Positions 38,423 to 46,389 of a stretch of DNA of 64,000 nt are shown here, piece by piece. The DNA lies in contig CBDCTI010000007.1 of assembly GCA_965222025.1 (NCBI GenBank), positions 555,339 through 619,338 on the forward strand. Direction: 5' to 3'. The DNA is from Dehalococcoidia bacterium (GTDB lineage Bacteria > Chloroflexota > Dehalococcoidia > Lucifugimonadales > UBA3495). The translations under genes and the position numbers were made by a program. Numbering within the stretch: position 1 is the first letter of the stretch; each line of letters opens with the position of its first letter. Below the pieces are notes generated by a model that saw only the letters and a program-made list of their open reading frames with translations, did no database searches and was not told the origin of the DNA.

Positions 38423-39343
38423 TCAGTCGCCCTCCGTCTTGATAGGCTGTGCCGCTGGGGTGATACCCGCCTCGGCGGGAGGCGTGTCGGACGTGACTCG
38501 TGGCTGCCTCTGCCTCAAGGCAACCAGCCTGGACCGCAAATTCGAATAGACCATCACCACCGCAAATACCGACGCCTCCACCAGCACAATGGTGGCCCCA
38601 GACGAAACATCAACGAAGTAGCTCAGGTATATCCCGAAGAAGCCGCAGGCCGCGCCGATTCCTGCGGACAACATCAGCATCCTCGGGAAGCTGTCGGTCA
38701 GCATCCGGGCCGATACCGGCGGTATCACCGTGGCCCCCGCGATGAGCAGCACGCCCAGCACCTGCAGCGACACCACGATGGTCCCCGCCAGCACCAGCGA
38801 GAACATCGCCTCCACCCATCCGGTCGGCACTCCGTAGAACTGGGCCACGTCCCCGTCAAAGGTCGTGAAAAGAAATTGCTTGTAAGCCACGAACAGCACC
38901 AGGGCCGTCCCGAGGGCCACCGCCGCCAACGCCACCAGGTCCCCCGCTGTAACGCCGACAATGTTGCCGAAGAGCGCCGTCTCAAAGTCCCGGGTGAAGC
39001 TCTTGTAGCGACTGATCAGGACAATGCCCATGGCAAAGCTGGCCGTGGTAATAACGCCGATCGCAGCGTCGTAGGCGATCTTCCGTTTCTTCGTCGTCAG
39101 CGTTATCAGCTGTGCGCAGAGAAATCCCCATATCGTCGACCCGATGAGGAAGTTGAACGACATCACGAAGGACACCACGGCGCCACCCAGAACGGCGTGC
39201 GCCAGCCCATGGCCGATGTATGCCATCCGCTTCAGGACAACGTAGACGCCGATGGTTCCGCAGAGTGCCCCGGCGATTATGGCGGCAACCATCCCCCGGA
39301 TGATGAAGGGATAGCCAAATGGCTCCAGGAACGTTTCAAACAT
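38423..39343 (-). CDS. metal ABC transporter permease (TroC/TroD/ZnuB family)
   Basis: ABC-3 family pattern with 8-9 TM segments. The start is taken at MFETFLEPF (39343). The ORF is open to 39373. Confidence 0.85.
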   Translation of the reverse strand: MFETFLEPFGYPFIIRGMVAAIIAGALCGTIGVYVVLKRMAYIGHGLAHAVLGGAVVSFVMSFNFLIGSTIWGFLCAQLITLTTKKRKIAYDAAIGVITTASFAMGIVLISRYKSFTRDFETALFGNIVGVTAGDLVALAAVALGTALVLFVAYKQFLFTTFDGDVAQFYGVPTGWVEAMFSLVLAGTIVVSLQVLGVLLIAGATVIPPVSARMLTDSFPRMLMLSAGIGAACGFFGIYLSYFVDVSSGATIVLVEASVFAVVMVYSNLRSRLVALRQRQPRVTSDTPPAEAGITPAAQPIKTEGD

Positions 39344-40196
39344 GGCTATGGGTATGCCCGGCAGTCTCCGCATCGCCGTTCCCCGCGCCGTTGCGCGCGT
39401 AGCGGTGGGGACTCTCGGCCACTATGGGCATTCCTTCGTAATGGATTACCGGCATGTCCGCGCCGTATGTCTGGCGCAGCACGTAGGGCGTTATTACCTC
39501 GTAGGGCGTGCCTTCAGCCAGTACTCGACCGGCCAGGCACACAAGCCGCGGCAAGTGCACAGCCACGGCGTTGATCTCGTGAGTCGTGATCACTATGGTG
39601 ACGCCCTGGTGGTTGAGGTCATGCAGCAGGTGCATAATGTCGTCGCGAGTCTTGACGTCGACTCCGGACGTCGGTTCGTCCAGCAGTAGCAGCGATGGGC
39701 TGCTGACCAGCGCCCGGGCCAGAAAGGCCCGCTGTTGCTGCCCGCCCGAAAGCTCGCGGATGTGCCGTCCGGCCAGCTCGAGAATTCCCAGCCGGTCCAT
39801 CATGCGGTCGGCCAACTGCTTCTCCTCCTGGCGGAACCACGGGAAGAAGCGGTTCTCCATCGTCCGGCCCATCATCACCACTTCCCGGACGGTTACCGGG
39901 AAGTTCCAGTCGATGGTCTCCAGTTGCGGCACATAGCCGATGCGTGGCCTCTTCTCCGTGACCCTGGCGCCGTTGACCAGCACCTCGCCTTCGTAAACGT
40001 CCACTGCGCCCAGCATCGAGCGCAGCAACGTCGTCTTGCCAGACCCGCTGGGTCCCAGCAGGCCAACAAAGTCCCCCTGCATAATCTGCAGATTGACTCC
40101 CTGTAGTGCCTTCTGTTTCTCGTAGCCGCAAGACAGTCCGTTGATCTCGACCAGCGGAATGCCTCGAACGTGCTCATGGGGTAGGGGATGCAGCAT
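39336..40196 (-). CDS. metal ABC transporter ATP-binding protein (TroB/ZnuC family)
   Basis: GPSGSGKTT, LSGGQQQRAFLARAL and LLLDEPTSGVD. The ends carry His residues (MLHPLPHEH..., ...GHTHSHV). Confidence 0.9.
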   Translation of the reverse strand: MLHPLPHEHVRGIPLVEINGLSCGYEKQKALQGVNLQIMQGDFVGLLGPSGSGKTTLLRSMLGAVDVYEGEVLVNGARVTEKRPRIGYVPQLETIDWNFPVTVREVVMMGRTMENRFFPWFRQEEKQLADRMMDRLGILELAGRHIRELSGGQQQRAFLARALVSSPSLLLLDEPTSGVDVKTRDDIMHLLHDLNHQGVTIVITTHEINAVAVHLPRLVCLAGRVLAEGTPYEVITPYVLRQTYGADMPVIHYEGMPIVAESPHRYARNGAGNGDAETAGHTHSHV

Positions 40197-40199
40197 GTC

Positions 40200-40267
40200 T
40201 TTTCATTCAGCCTTGATTTTCATTCAGCATGGTTTTTCATTCAGCCCTGATTTTCATTCGGCCTTGA
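40200..40267. repeat. 17-bp tandem repeat x4 (ttttcattcagccttga) abutting the ATPase start codon
   Basis: Units at 40200, 40217, 40234 and 40251. The gene ATG is at 40196-40194 on the minus strand. Confidence 0.9.
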
Positions 40268-40337
40268 TCAGATAACGCCTCAAACTTGTGCAGTGCGGTT
40301 CCCGCCAGGTATCAGGTAAATCTCATTCCGCTGACTT

Positions 40338-43300
40338 CTAGTGGTTGTGATGGTGTCCGCCCGGCACGCCGGTCCAATCGGAGGACAATGGCGTGTCGTG
40401 GCCATCGTGATGGCCCTTCTCCTCATGCTCCTGAGCATGCCCGTTGGTGGCGCTCACTAGTTGCGTTGCCACCAACTGGGCATACAGCCCCTGCCGTTCC
40501 AGCAGTTCTTGGTGGTTGCCCTGCTCCACCGCCCCGCCTTGGTCCAGAACCACGATCCGGTCGGCGTTGCGGATGGTCGACAGACGGTGAGCAATGACGA
40601 GGGTGGTTCGCCCCTCCATCAGGTTCTCCAGGGCCTGCCGCAGCTGGCTTTCGCTCACCGCATCCAGGTGCGACGTCGCCTCGTCCAGGATCAGCACGGG
40701 CGCATTCTTCAGCAGGGCCCGAGCGATGGCGACGCGCTGCCGCTGGCCGCCCGAGAGCTGCATTCCCCTCTCACCTACGATGGTGTCGTACCCGTCAGGG
40801 AAGACCGTGATGAAGTCGTGGCAGTTGGCCTGCCGAGCCGCCTCTTCCAGATCGGCCTGCGTGGCTTCGGACCGGCCCAGCATGATATTGTCCCGGATGC
40901 TTGCGTTGAACAGGTAGGTGTCCTGCGACACAAGGGCAATCCGCTGCCGGAGATCATCCAGCTTGAACTCACGGACATCGTGGCCGTCCAGTTCGACCGC
41001 GCCGTGGCCGGGGTCCCAGAACCTCATGGCCAAGTTGGCGCATGTGGTCTTCCCTGCTCCTGAGCGCCCTACAAGCGCGACAGTGTGCCCCGGCTCCACT
41101 TCGAAGCTCACGTCGTGGAGTGCCTGCGGCTCCCCGGGGCCATAGTCGAAGCCCACGCCCGCGAATACTACCGAAGGCGCCGTCTGGTGGCCGTCCGAGT
41201 GGTTGTGGTGGTCGTGGCCGTCGTGCTGCCCGACGCCAGGGCCGTCCGCCACCGGCACGGGCTCATCGTGGATCGCGAAGAGTCTCCGGGAGGCTGCCAG
41301 CGTCTCCATCAACTGCTTCATGGTACGGGCAATGTCCGACACCGGCGCAAACGCAGCCACCGAGAGGACCACGGCTAGGATGAGCTCCGGACGGGAAATA
41401 TTCCCGTTGGTCAGCAGCCAGACTCCCACCGTCAGCACCACCAGCCCTCCCAGCGCGGTCATCGCTTCGATGAACCCGATCTGGAAAGCCCGCTCCTTCA
41501 GGAACCGCAGCTGGAAGTGGGCGAACCGCCAGCTGTTGGCCACCATCTCGGCAGTGCGTGAACGCCCCTGCCCGAAGGCAACGATTTCCCGCATGCCCTG
41601 GATACTGTCCAGCATGTGCGCATGAACGTCGCCCAGCTGGTGCCGCAGTTCCTCGCCGAGCCGCTCCGAGCGCTTCAGTGCGAAGAACGGGCTCAGCGCC
41701 ACGGCCACTAGGAACGGCGCCACTGCTATCGCCATGGGCCACGCGATCACCGCAAGGACTGCCACCACCACGCCTGGCACCACCACGGCGGTGAAAGCGG
41801 GAGTGATAGTGTGTGCGAAGAAGAACTCCACCGTCTCCACGTCGCCCCCGACCACGCTCACCAGGTCCCCGGACCGTCGTCGAGTCATGTAGGCCGGTGC
41901 CAGCGGGTCCAGCTTCCGGTAGACATCCACTCGCATTTCCGCCAGCAGACGGTAAGCAAGGTCGTGGGCCACCCAAGACTCCGTCCAGATGAAGAAGGCC
42001 GCAAGGGGTGTCAATACCGCCAGCAGGATCAGTAGCAGCGTCAACTCGCCGCCAGTGATCACCTGCCCCACCAGCAGCGCGCTGACAACGCCCACGCCAA
42101 TGGCCGTTCCGTGATGCGCCACTCCCAGAAGGAAGGTTAATATGAGCTCGTTCCGCCACGGCTTGACCAGTCCCAGCAGCCGCACCCACACGGCGATGAT
42201 GCCCAGCGCCCGTTCGCCCTGTCCGTGCTGGCGTTCGTCTGGCTGATGCTGGGCTGCCGGGGCGGCATGATGATGCCCGTGCCCGTCGTGCGCCGGTTGC
42301 GGCATGAAGGCAGCGGCATCCGGCTGCGGGCCGTGGTTTCCTTCGTCATGAACTTGGGCAGTCAGATGATGCCCGTCGCCGTGGGTGCGATGGTGCGCCC
42401 GCGCACCGTCGTGGTCTTGATTCTCATGATCGCGATGGCCGTCTTGGTCGTGGACACCGCCATGCCGTTCGTGATTCGCCGTATGGTCGGAATGTTGCGT
42501 TTCACCCTGGTCATCGTCGTGATGGGCCTGAGGCGCCTCATGATGATGCCCATGTCCCTGGTGCGCCGGACTGGGAATGAACGCGCTCACATCCAGTTGC
42601 GCGGCCAATGTCTGCGTGGCGGCGCGGCCCTCTTCTGGAGGTCGGTAGTCGAAGTCCAGCCGCTCCTGCTGCTGCGACATCAGGTCGGAGTAAAGACCGC
42701 CGGCCGCGACCAGGTCGCCGTGTGAGCCCGTCTCGACGAGCCGTCCCTCGTCCAGCACTAGGATGCGGTCGGCATTCACCACGCTGGAAAGTCGGTGGGC
42801 GATCCTCAAGGTCGTGCGGCCTTCCATCAACCGGTCCAGGGCCTGTTGAATGACCGCCTCGTTTTCGGCGTCCACATTGGAAAGCGCCTCATCCAGGATC
42901 AGGATGGGAGCGTCCTTCAGCAGTGCCCGCGCAATGGCGATGCGTTGCTTCTGGCCGCCGGAAAGCCGGACGGCCCTCTCACCTACCACCGTCCCGTAGC
43001 CATCGGGCAAGTGGCTGATGAATTCGTGGGCGTTGGCATTCCGGGCTGCCTCCTCCAGTTGTCCCTGGGTTGCGTCGGGATTACCGAAGCGAAGGTTCTC
43101 CGCCACTGTACCGTGGAACAGGTAAGTGTCCTGGGTAACGACCGACAGCTGCTCGCGCAGTTGCGTGAGAGGAATATCTCTCAGTTCGCGCCCGCCCAGT
43201 CTTATTGATCCCTGCTGCGGGTCGAAGAACCTGAGTATCAGCCAGACTATGGTCGACTTCCCGGCCCCGCTGGGACCCACAAGTCCCATCGTCTCACCCT

Positions 43301-44405
43301 CTCGCAAGGTGAACGACAGGTCGTGCAGTGCCGGGCGTCGGCCCTCGCTGTAGGCGTGGCTCACGTTGTCGAAAATCACTTCCGGAGCCAGCGGGCCAAC
43401 AGACTCAGGCGCAGCGCTGTTAGAGGCCTGTCGCTCCGGCTCCTGAACGGATGCCGGCGAGTCCATGATGGCAAATATGCCCTCCGCGGAGGACATCGCC
43501 ATCACGCCATCGTGGTAGAGCTGCACCAGCTCGCGCAGCGGGCGGAAGACCTCCACGCCAAGCATCAACACGATGAGAAGCGCCCTGAGTTCCATGTCCC
43601 CATCGGCCACCCGCACCGCGCCCCACCCTAGGGCAACGGCAGCGCCGCCGGTGATGCCCAAGATGGTCAGGGCGCCCGTCGCCGCATTTGCCGCCAGCAC
43701 GCCCATGGTGGTGCGAAACAGTTCGCGGGCCCGTTCGGCCAGCAGTTCTCCGCGTACCCGACTCTGTCCGAAAGCCTTGAGCGTTGAGAGTCCCTGAACC
43801 GCGTCCAGAAAGTCCGCGCCCAGTGCTCCGTATGCGTCGCGGCGGGCCATGCTCCGCTCCCGGTTCCAGCGATGGAACAGGTTCGGAATGATCAGGGTCA
43901 GAAGAGCGAAGGCCAGGAATATCAGGCCGGTTCGGAAGTCTATCAGCGCCATGAAGATGAAGATCACCACCGGCGCCAGCGCCGCTACGATCATCTGCGG
44001 CAGATATCGGCCGAAGAAGGCCTCGAGACGTTCCACTCCCTCCGCCAGCGACATCAGCGCGTCGCCGGTCCGTGAGGAATCGAAGTATCCCGGCCCGAGC
44101 GCCAGCGAGTGTTCGTACAGGCGCTCCCGCAGCTTCACCTTCACCAGGCTTGCGGTGTGATGGCTCATCACCTCCTGCAGGTACTGCAGGCCACCACGCG
44201 CCACAATCAGCGCCGCCATCCCCACCAGCGGCCATGTCAGAGACTCGAAGGTCGCGTTGCCGCGCACTACCTCCACGATAATCAGCGCGGCCACTGCCAG
44301 CCGCGCCACCCCGGCGGCCACCGCCAGCATCCCCACGATGGCCGAAATTATGATGCGCCAGCGAACGTCACTGGCCAGCGACAATAGCCTCGGGTGCAGA
44401 TACAT
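40338..44405 (-). CDS. fused two-half ABC transporter (TMD-NBD-TMD-NBD), CydD-CydC-like, with His-rich linker, loop and tail
   Basis: 1355 aa. Half 1 has the CydD-like RYLPQM motif, GPSGAGKST and LSGGQKQR. Half 2 has GRSGAGKTT and LSGGQRQR. The ~150-aa His/Asp/Gln-rich linker spans aa ~585-735. GQHDGHDHHNHSDGHQ lies before NBD2. The C-terminal tail is ...KGHHDGHD...GGHHHNH. Confidence 0.85.
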   Translation of the reverse strand: MYLHPRLLSLASDVRWRIIISAIVGMLAVAAGVARLAVAALIIVEVVRGNATFESLTWPLVGMAALIVARGGLQYLQEVMSHHTASLVKVKLRERLYEHSLALGPGYFDSSRTGDALMSLAEGVERLEAFFGRYLPQMIVAALAPVVIFIFMALIDFRTGLIFLAFALLTLIIPNLFHRWNRERSMARRDAYGALGADFLDAVQGLSTLKAFGQSRVRGELLAERARELFRTTMGVLAANAATGALTILGITGGAAVALGWGAVRVADGDMELRALLIVLMLGVEVFRPLRELVQLYHDGVMAMSSAEGIFAIMDSPASVQEPERQASNSAAPESVGPLAPEVIFDNVSHAYSEGRRPALHDLSFTLREGETMGLVGPSGAGKSTIVWLILRFFDPQQGSIRLGGRELRDIPLTQLREQLSVVTQDTYLFHGTVAENLRFGNPDATQGQLEEAARNANAHEFISHLPDGYGTVVGERAVRLSGGQKQRIAIARALLKDAPILILDEALSNVDAENEAVIQQALDRLMEGRTTLRIAHRLSSVVNADRILVLDEGRLVETGSHGDLVAAGGLYSDLMSQQQERLDFDYRPPEEGRAATQTLAAQLDVSAFIPSPAHQGHGHHHEAPQAHHDDDQGETQHSDHTANHERHGGVHDQDGHRDHENQDHDGARAHHRTHGDGHHLTAQVHDEGNHGPQPDAAAFMPQPAHDGHGHHHAAPAAQHQPDERQHGQGERALGIIAVWVRLLGLVKPWRNELILTFLLGVAHHGTAIGVGVVSALLVGQVITGGELTLLLILLAVLTPLAAFFIWTESWVAHDLAYRLLAEMRVDVYRKLDPLAPAYMTRRRSGDLVSVVGGDVETVEFFFAHTITPAFTAVVVPGVVVAVLAVIAWPMAIAVAPFLVAVALSPFFALKRSERLGEELRHQLGDVHAHMLDSIQGMREIVAFGQGRSRTAEMVANSWRFAHFQLRFLKERAFQIGFIEAMTALGGLVVLTVGVWLLTNGNISRPELILAVVLSVAAFAPVSDIARTMKQLMETLAASRRLFAIHDEPVPVADGPGVGQHDGHDHHNHSDGHQTAPSVVFAGVGFDYGPGEPQALHDVSFEVEPGHTVALVGRSGAGKTTCANLAMRFWDPGHGAVELDGHDVREFKLDDLRQRIALVSQDTYLFNASIRDNIMLGRSEATQADLEEAARQANCHDFITVFPDGYDTIVGERGMQLSGGQRQRVAIARALLKNAPVLILDEATSHLDAVSESQLRQALENLMEGRTTLVIAHRLSTIRNADRIVVLDQGGAVEQGNHQELLERQGLYAQLVATQLVSATNGHAQEHEEKGHHDGHDTPLSSDWTGVPGGHHHNH

Positions 44406-44468
44406 GGCTACATACCCTCCGTTACAGGGTGGCTGAGAGGAGCTTGTCCCTGGAATTGTCCGGATGGA

Positions 44469-45476
44469 CTACTGGGAGTAAACGGCACCGCTCTGTCCTT
44501 CGAATACTAGGCTTACGTCCACGTCGTCAAAGGCATCGGCGTTGCCGCCCAATGCCGGAATCATGATTCTCATGTTGCCGAGCATCAGTCCCAGGTACGA
44601 ATGGTCCGGGTCTCCTGGCACTCCAGGTAGATCGTCGTCCGACAACTGGTCGACGAAAGTTGTGTTGCCTTCCCGTGCGATGATTTCCAATACCTGGCTG
44701 GGAAACTCTTCCGACCCGAAGATCGCCGGCAGTCCCAGTTCCTTTACCTGGTCTATCAGCTCCGCCATTTCCCGGGCCGAAGGTTCGGCAAAGTCCGAGG
44801 GCTGCACCGCGCCGATGACTTCCATCCCGTAGGTAAGTGCAAAGTAGGCCCACGAGTCGTGATAGGTCACCAGCTTGCGGTTCTCGGGCGGTATGGTGGC
44901 CACGGACTCACGGATCGCCGCGTCCATCGCGGCTACACGCTCTCTGAAGGACTCCAGGTTTTCCTCATAGTAGCTGGCGTTTTCGGGGTCAAGGGACGCC
45001 AGCTCCGCTTGGGCCAACTCGGCATATTTCAGCCCCAGTGTCGGGTCCGGCCAGAGATGCGGGTTGGGATGACCCTCAGACTCCGGGAAACTGAAGTCAA
45101 ACTGCCACTGCTCACGGGTGATTGCCCGGTCTCCCAGCCGCAATATCGGCGTGGTGTCCTTTTTGTTGGCCTCCGCAAGCTGCAGGGTCGGCTCCTCCAG
45201 GAACAGCCCGTTGGCGATGATCAAATCGGCGTCTACCATCAGCTTGGCCAGTGACGGCTGAGGCTCGAAGATGTGCGAGTTCACCCCTTCCGGCACCGCT
45301 CCCTCCAGTTCTATGCGATCGCCCCCAATGTTCTCCACAATGCTTGTTATGGGCGACACCGTGGTGACTACCCTGAGCTTTCCGCTTTCAACTTCCGAGC
45401 CACCGCAAGACACGGCGCTCAGAAGCAATGCCAGTATGCAAATAGTGAGACCGAAGACGGGAAAACGCTTAGTCAA
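44469..45476 (-). CDS. metal ABC transporter substrate-binding lipoprotein (TroA/ZnuA cluster A-I family)
   Basis: TTG start at 45476, with GGGGA 9 nt upstream. Lipobox LLSAVSCGG. Candidate metal ligands are NSHIFEP, NPHLWPDP, TYHDSWAYF and DDL. Confidence 0.85.
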   Translation of the reverse strand: MTKRFPVFGLTICILALLLSAVSCGGSEVESGKLRVVTTVSPITSIVENIGGDRIELEGAVPEGVNSHIFEPQPSLAKLMVDADLIIANGLFLEEPTLQLAEANKKDTTPILRLGDRAITREQWQFDFSFPESEGHPNPHLWPDPTLGLKYAELAQAELASLDPENASYYEENLESFRERVAAMDAAIRESVATIPPENRKLVTYHDSWAYFALTYGMEVIGAVQPSDFAEPSAREMAELIDQVKELGLPAIFGSEEFPSQVLEIIAREGNTTFVDQLSDDDLPGVPGDPDHSYLGLMLGNMRIMIPALGGNADAFDDVDVSLVFEGQSGAVYSQ

Positions 45477-45490
45477 TCCTGGTATCCCCT

Positions 45491-45634
45491 GATTAATTCC
45501 AGCCCGATTAATTCCAACCCGGTTAATTCCAGCCCGGTTAATTTCAGCCCGGTTAATTCCAGCCCGGTTAATTCCAGCCCGGTTAATTCCAGCCTTGTTA
45601 ATTCCAGCCTGATTAATTCCAGCCTGCTGAATCC
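45491..45634. repeat. 15-bp tandem repeat, ~9.5 copies (ggttaattccagccc), between the Fur-like gene and the binding-protein gene
   Basis: Units every 15 bp from 45491. Copies 3, 5 and 6 are identical and the edge copies are degenerate. Confidence 0.92.
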
Positions 45635-45649
45635 TGCGATTCGGAACCC

Positions 45650-46123
45650 TTACTCCGCATCCTCGCTGGTTCCCTGGCAACCGGCACAAACACCAGTTAC
45701 TGAAAAATGCTCCAGGTCTGGCACAAAACCAAACTCCCGGACCAGCGTCTCCCGGAACTCTTCCAGGTAATGCGGGCTGAGGTTGAAGGCACCGCTGCAC
45801 ACGCGACATACCATGTGATGATGCAGGTCTCCGGGCATTGTCAGCTCATAATGCAGCCGGTCCCCGATCTCGACCTCGGTCACCACTCCCGCGTCGCGGA
45901 ACAGGCGCAATGTGCGGTAGACCGTCGCAATGTCCATGTACTGGTAGGCCTCTCGCGCCCGCCGGAACACCTCATCCACGCCCATATGTCCCCCGCCTTC
46001 CGCTACGGCGGAAAGCACGAGGACCCGCTGGGGCGTAATCCTGTGCCCCTGCATGCGAAGCCTGTCCAGCGCCTGTTCGTGATGCAAAGCGCAACTCGCA
46101 GTAATTGCAATTGGTTGCCACAA
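45650..46123 (-). CDS. Fur family transcriptional regulator
   Basis: RITPQRVLVLSAV... winged helix, HHHMVCRVC and GVCAGC cysteine pairs. Confidence 0.85.
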   Translation of the reverse strand: MWQPIAITASCALHHEQALDRLRMQGHRITPQRVLVLSAVAEGGGHMGVDEVFRRAREAYQYMDIATVYRTLRLFRDAGVVTEVEIGDRLHYELTMPGDLHHHMVCRVCSGAFNLSPHYLEEFRETLVREFGFVPDLEHFSVTGVCAGCQGTSEDAE

Positions 46124-46176
46124 CGGATGGTAGCAGGAATAGCCCCAAAGTCAATACAAGGAGCGGAGGGAACCAG

Positions 46177-46374
46177 GGTCATTAGATTATCGGCAAACCC
46201 GTTGACCCTGAGCCTGTCGAAGGGCCTATCCTGAGCTTGTCGAAGGGCCTGTCCTGAGCTTGTCGAAGGGCCTATCCTGAGCTTGTCGAAGGGTCGTTCG
46301 TTCATGGTTCGACAAGCTCACCACCAACGGACCGGCAAGAATGGCCAGGCTTGTAATCGATAATCGAATGACCC
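46177..46374. mobile_element. MITE-like palindromic element, copy A (four internal 23-bp subrepeats)
   Basis: Terminal inverted repeat ggtcattagattatcg / cgataatcgaatgacc. The core hairpin is gagcttgtcgaa...ttcgacaagctc. The 23-bp unit cctgagcttgtcgaagggcctgt occurs four times. Confidence 0.75.
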
Positions 46375-46389
46375 TGCGGAGGGAATGGC

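Noticed and set aside
45491-45634. Possible CRISPR-like or coding repeat
   Set aside because: The 15-bp units are directly abutting with no spacers. It is a plain tandem repeat in an intergenic region.
44469-45809. Long ORF giving the binding protein a 111-aa N-terminal extension with an AGINR pentapeptide repeat
   Set aside because: The extension is the in-frame reading of the 15-bp DNA repeat, and it overlaps the 3' end of the Fur-like gene. The lipoprotein signal (LLSAVSCGG) must be N-terminal. A TTG at 45476 with an upstream GGGGA gives a normal precursor.
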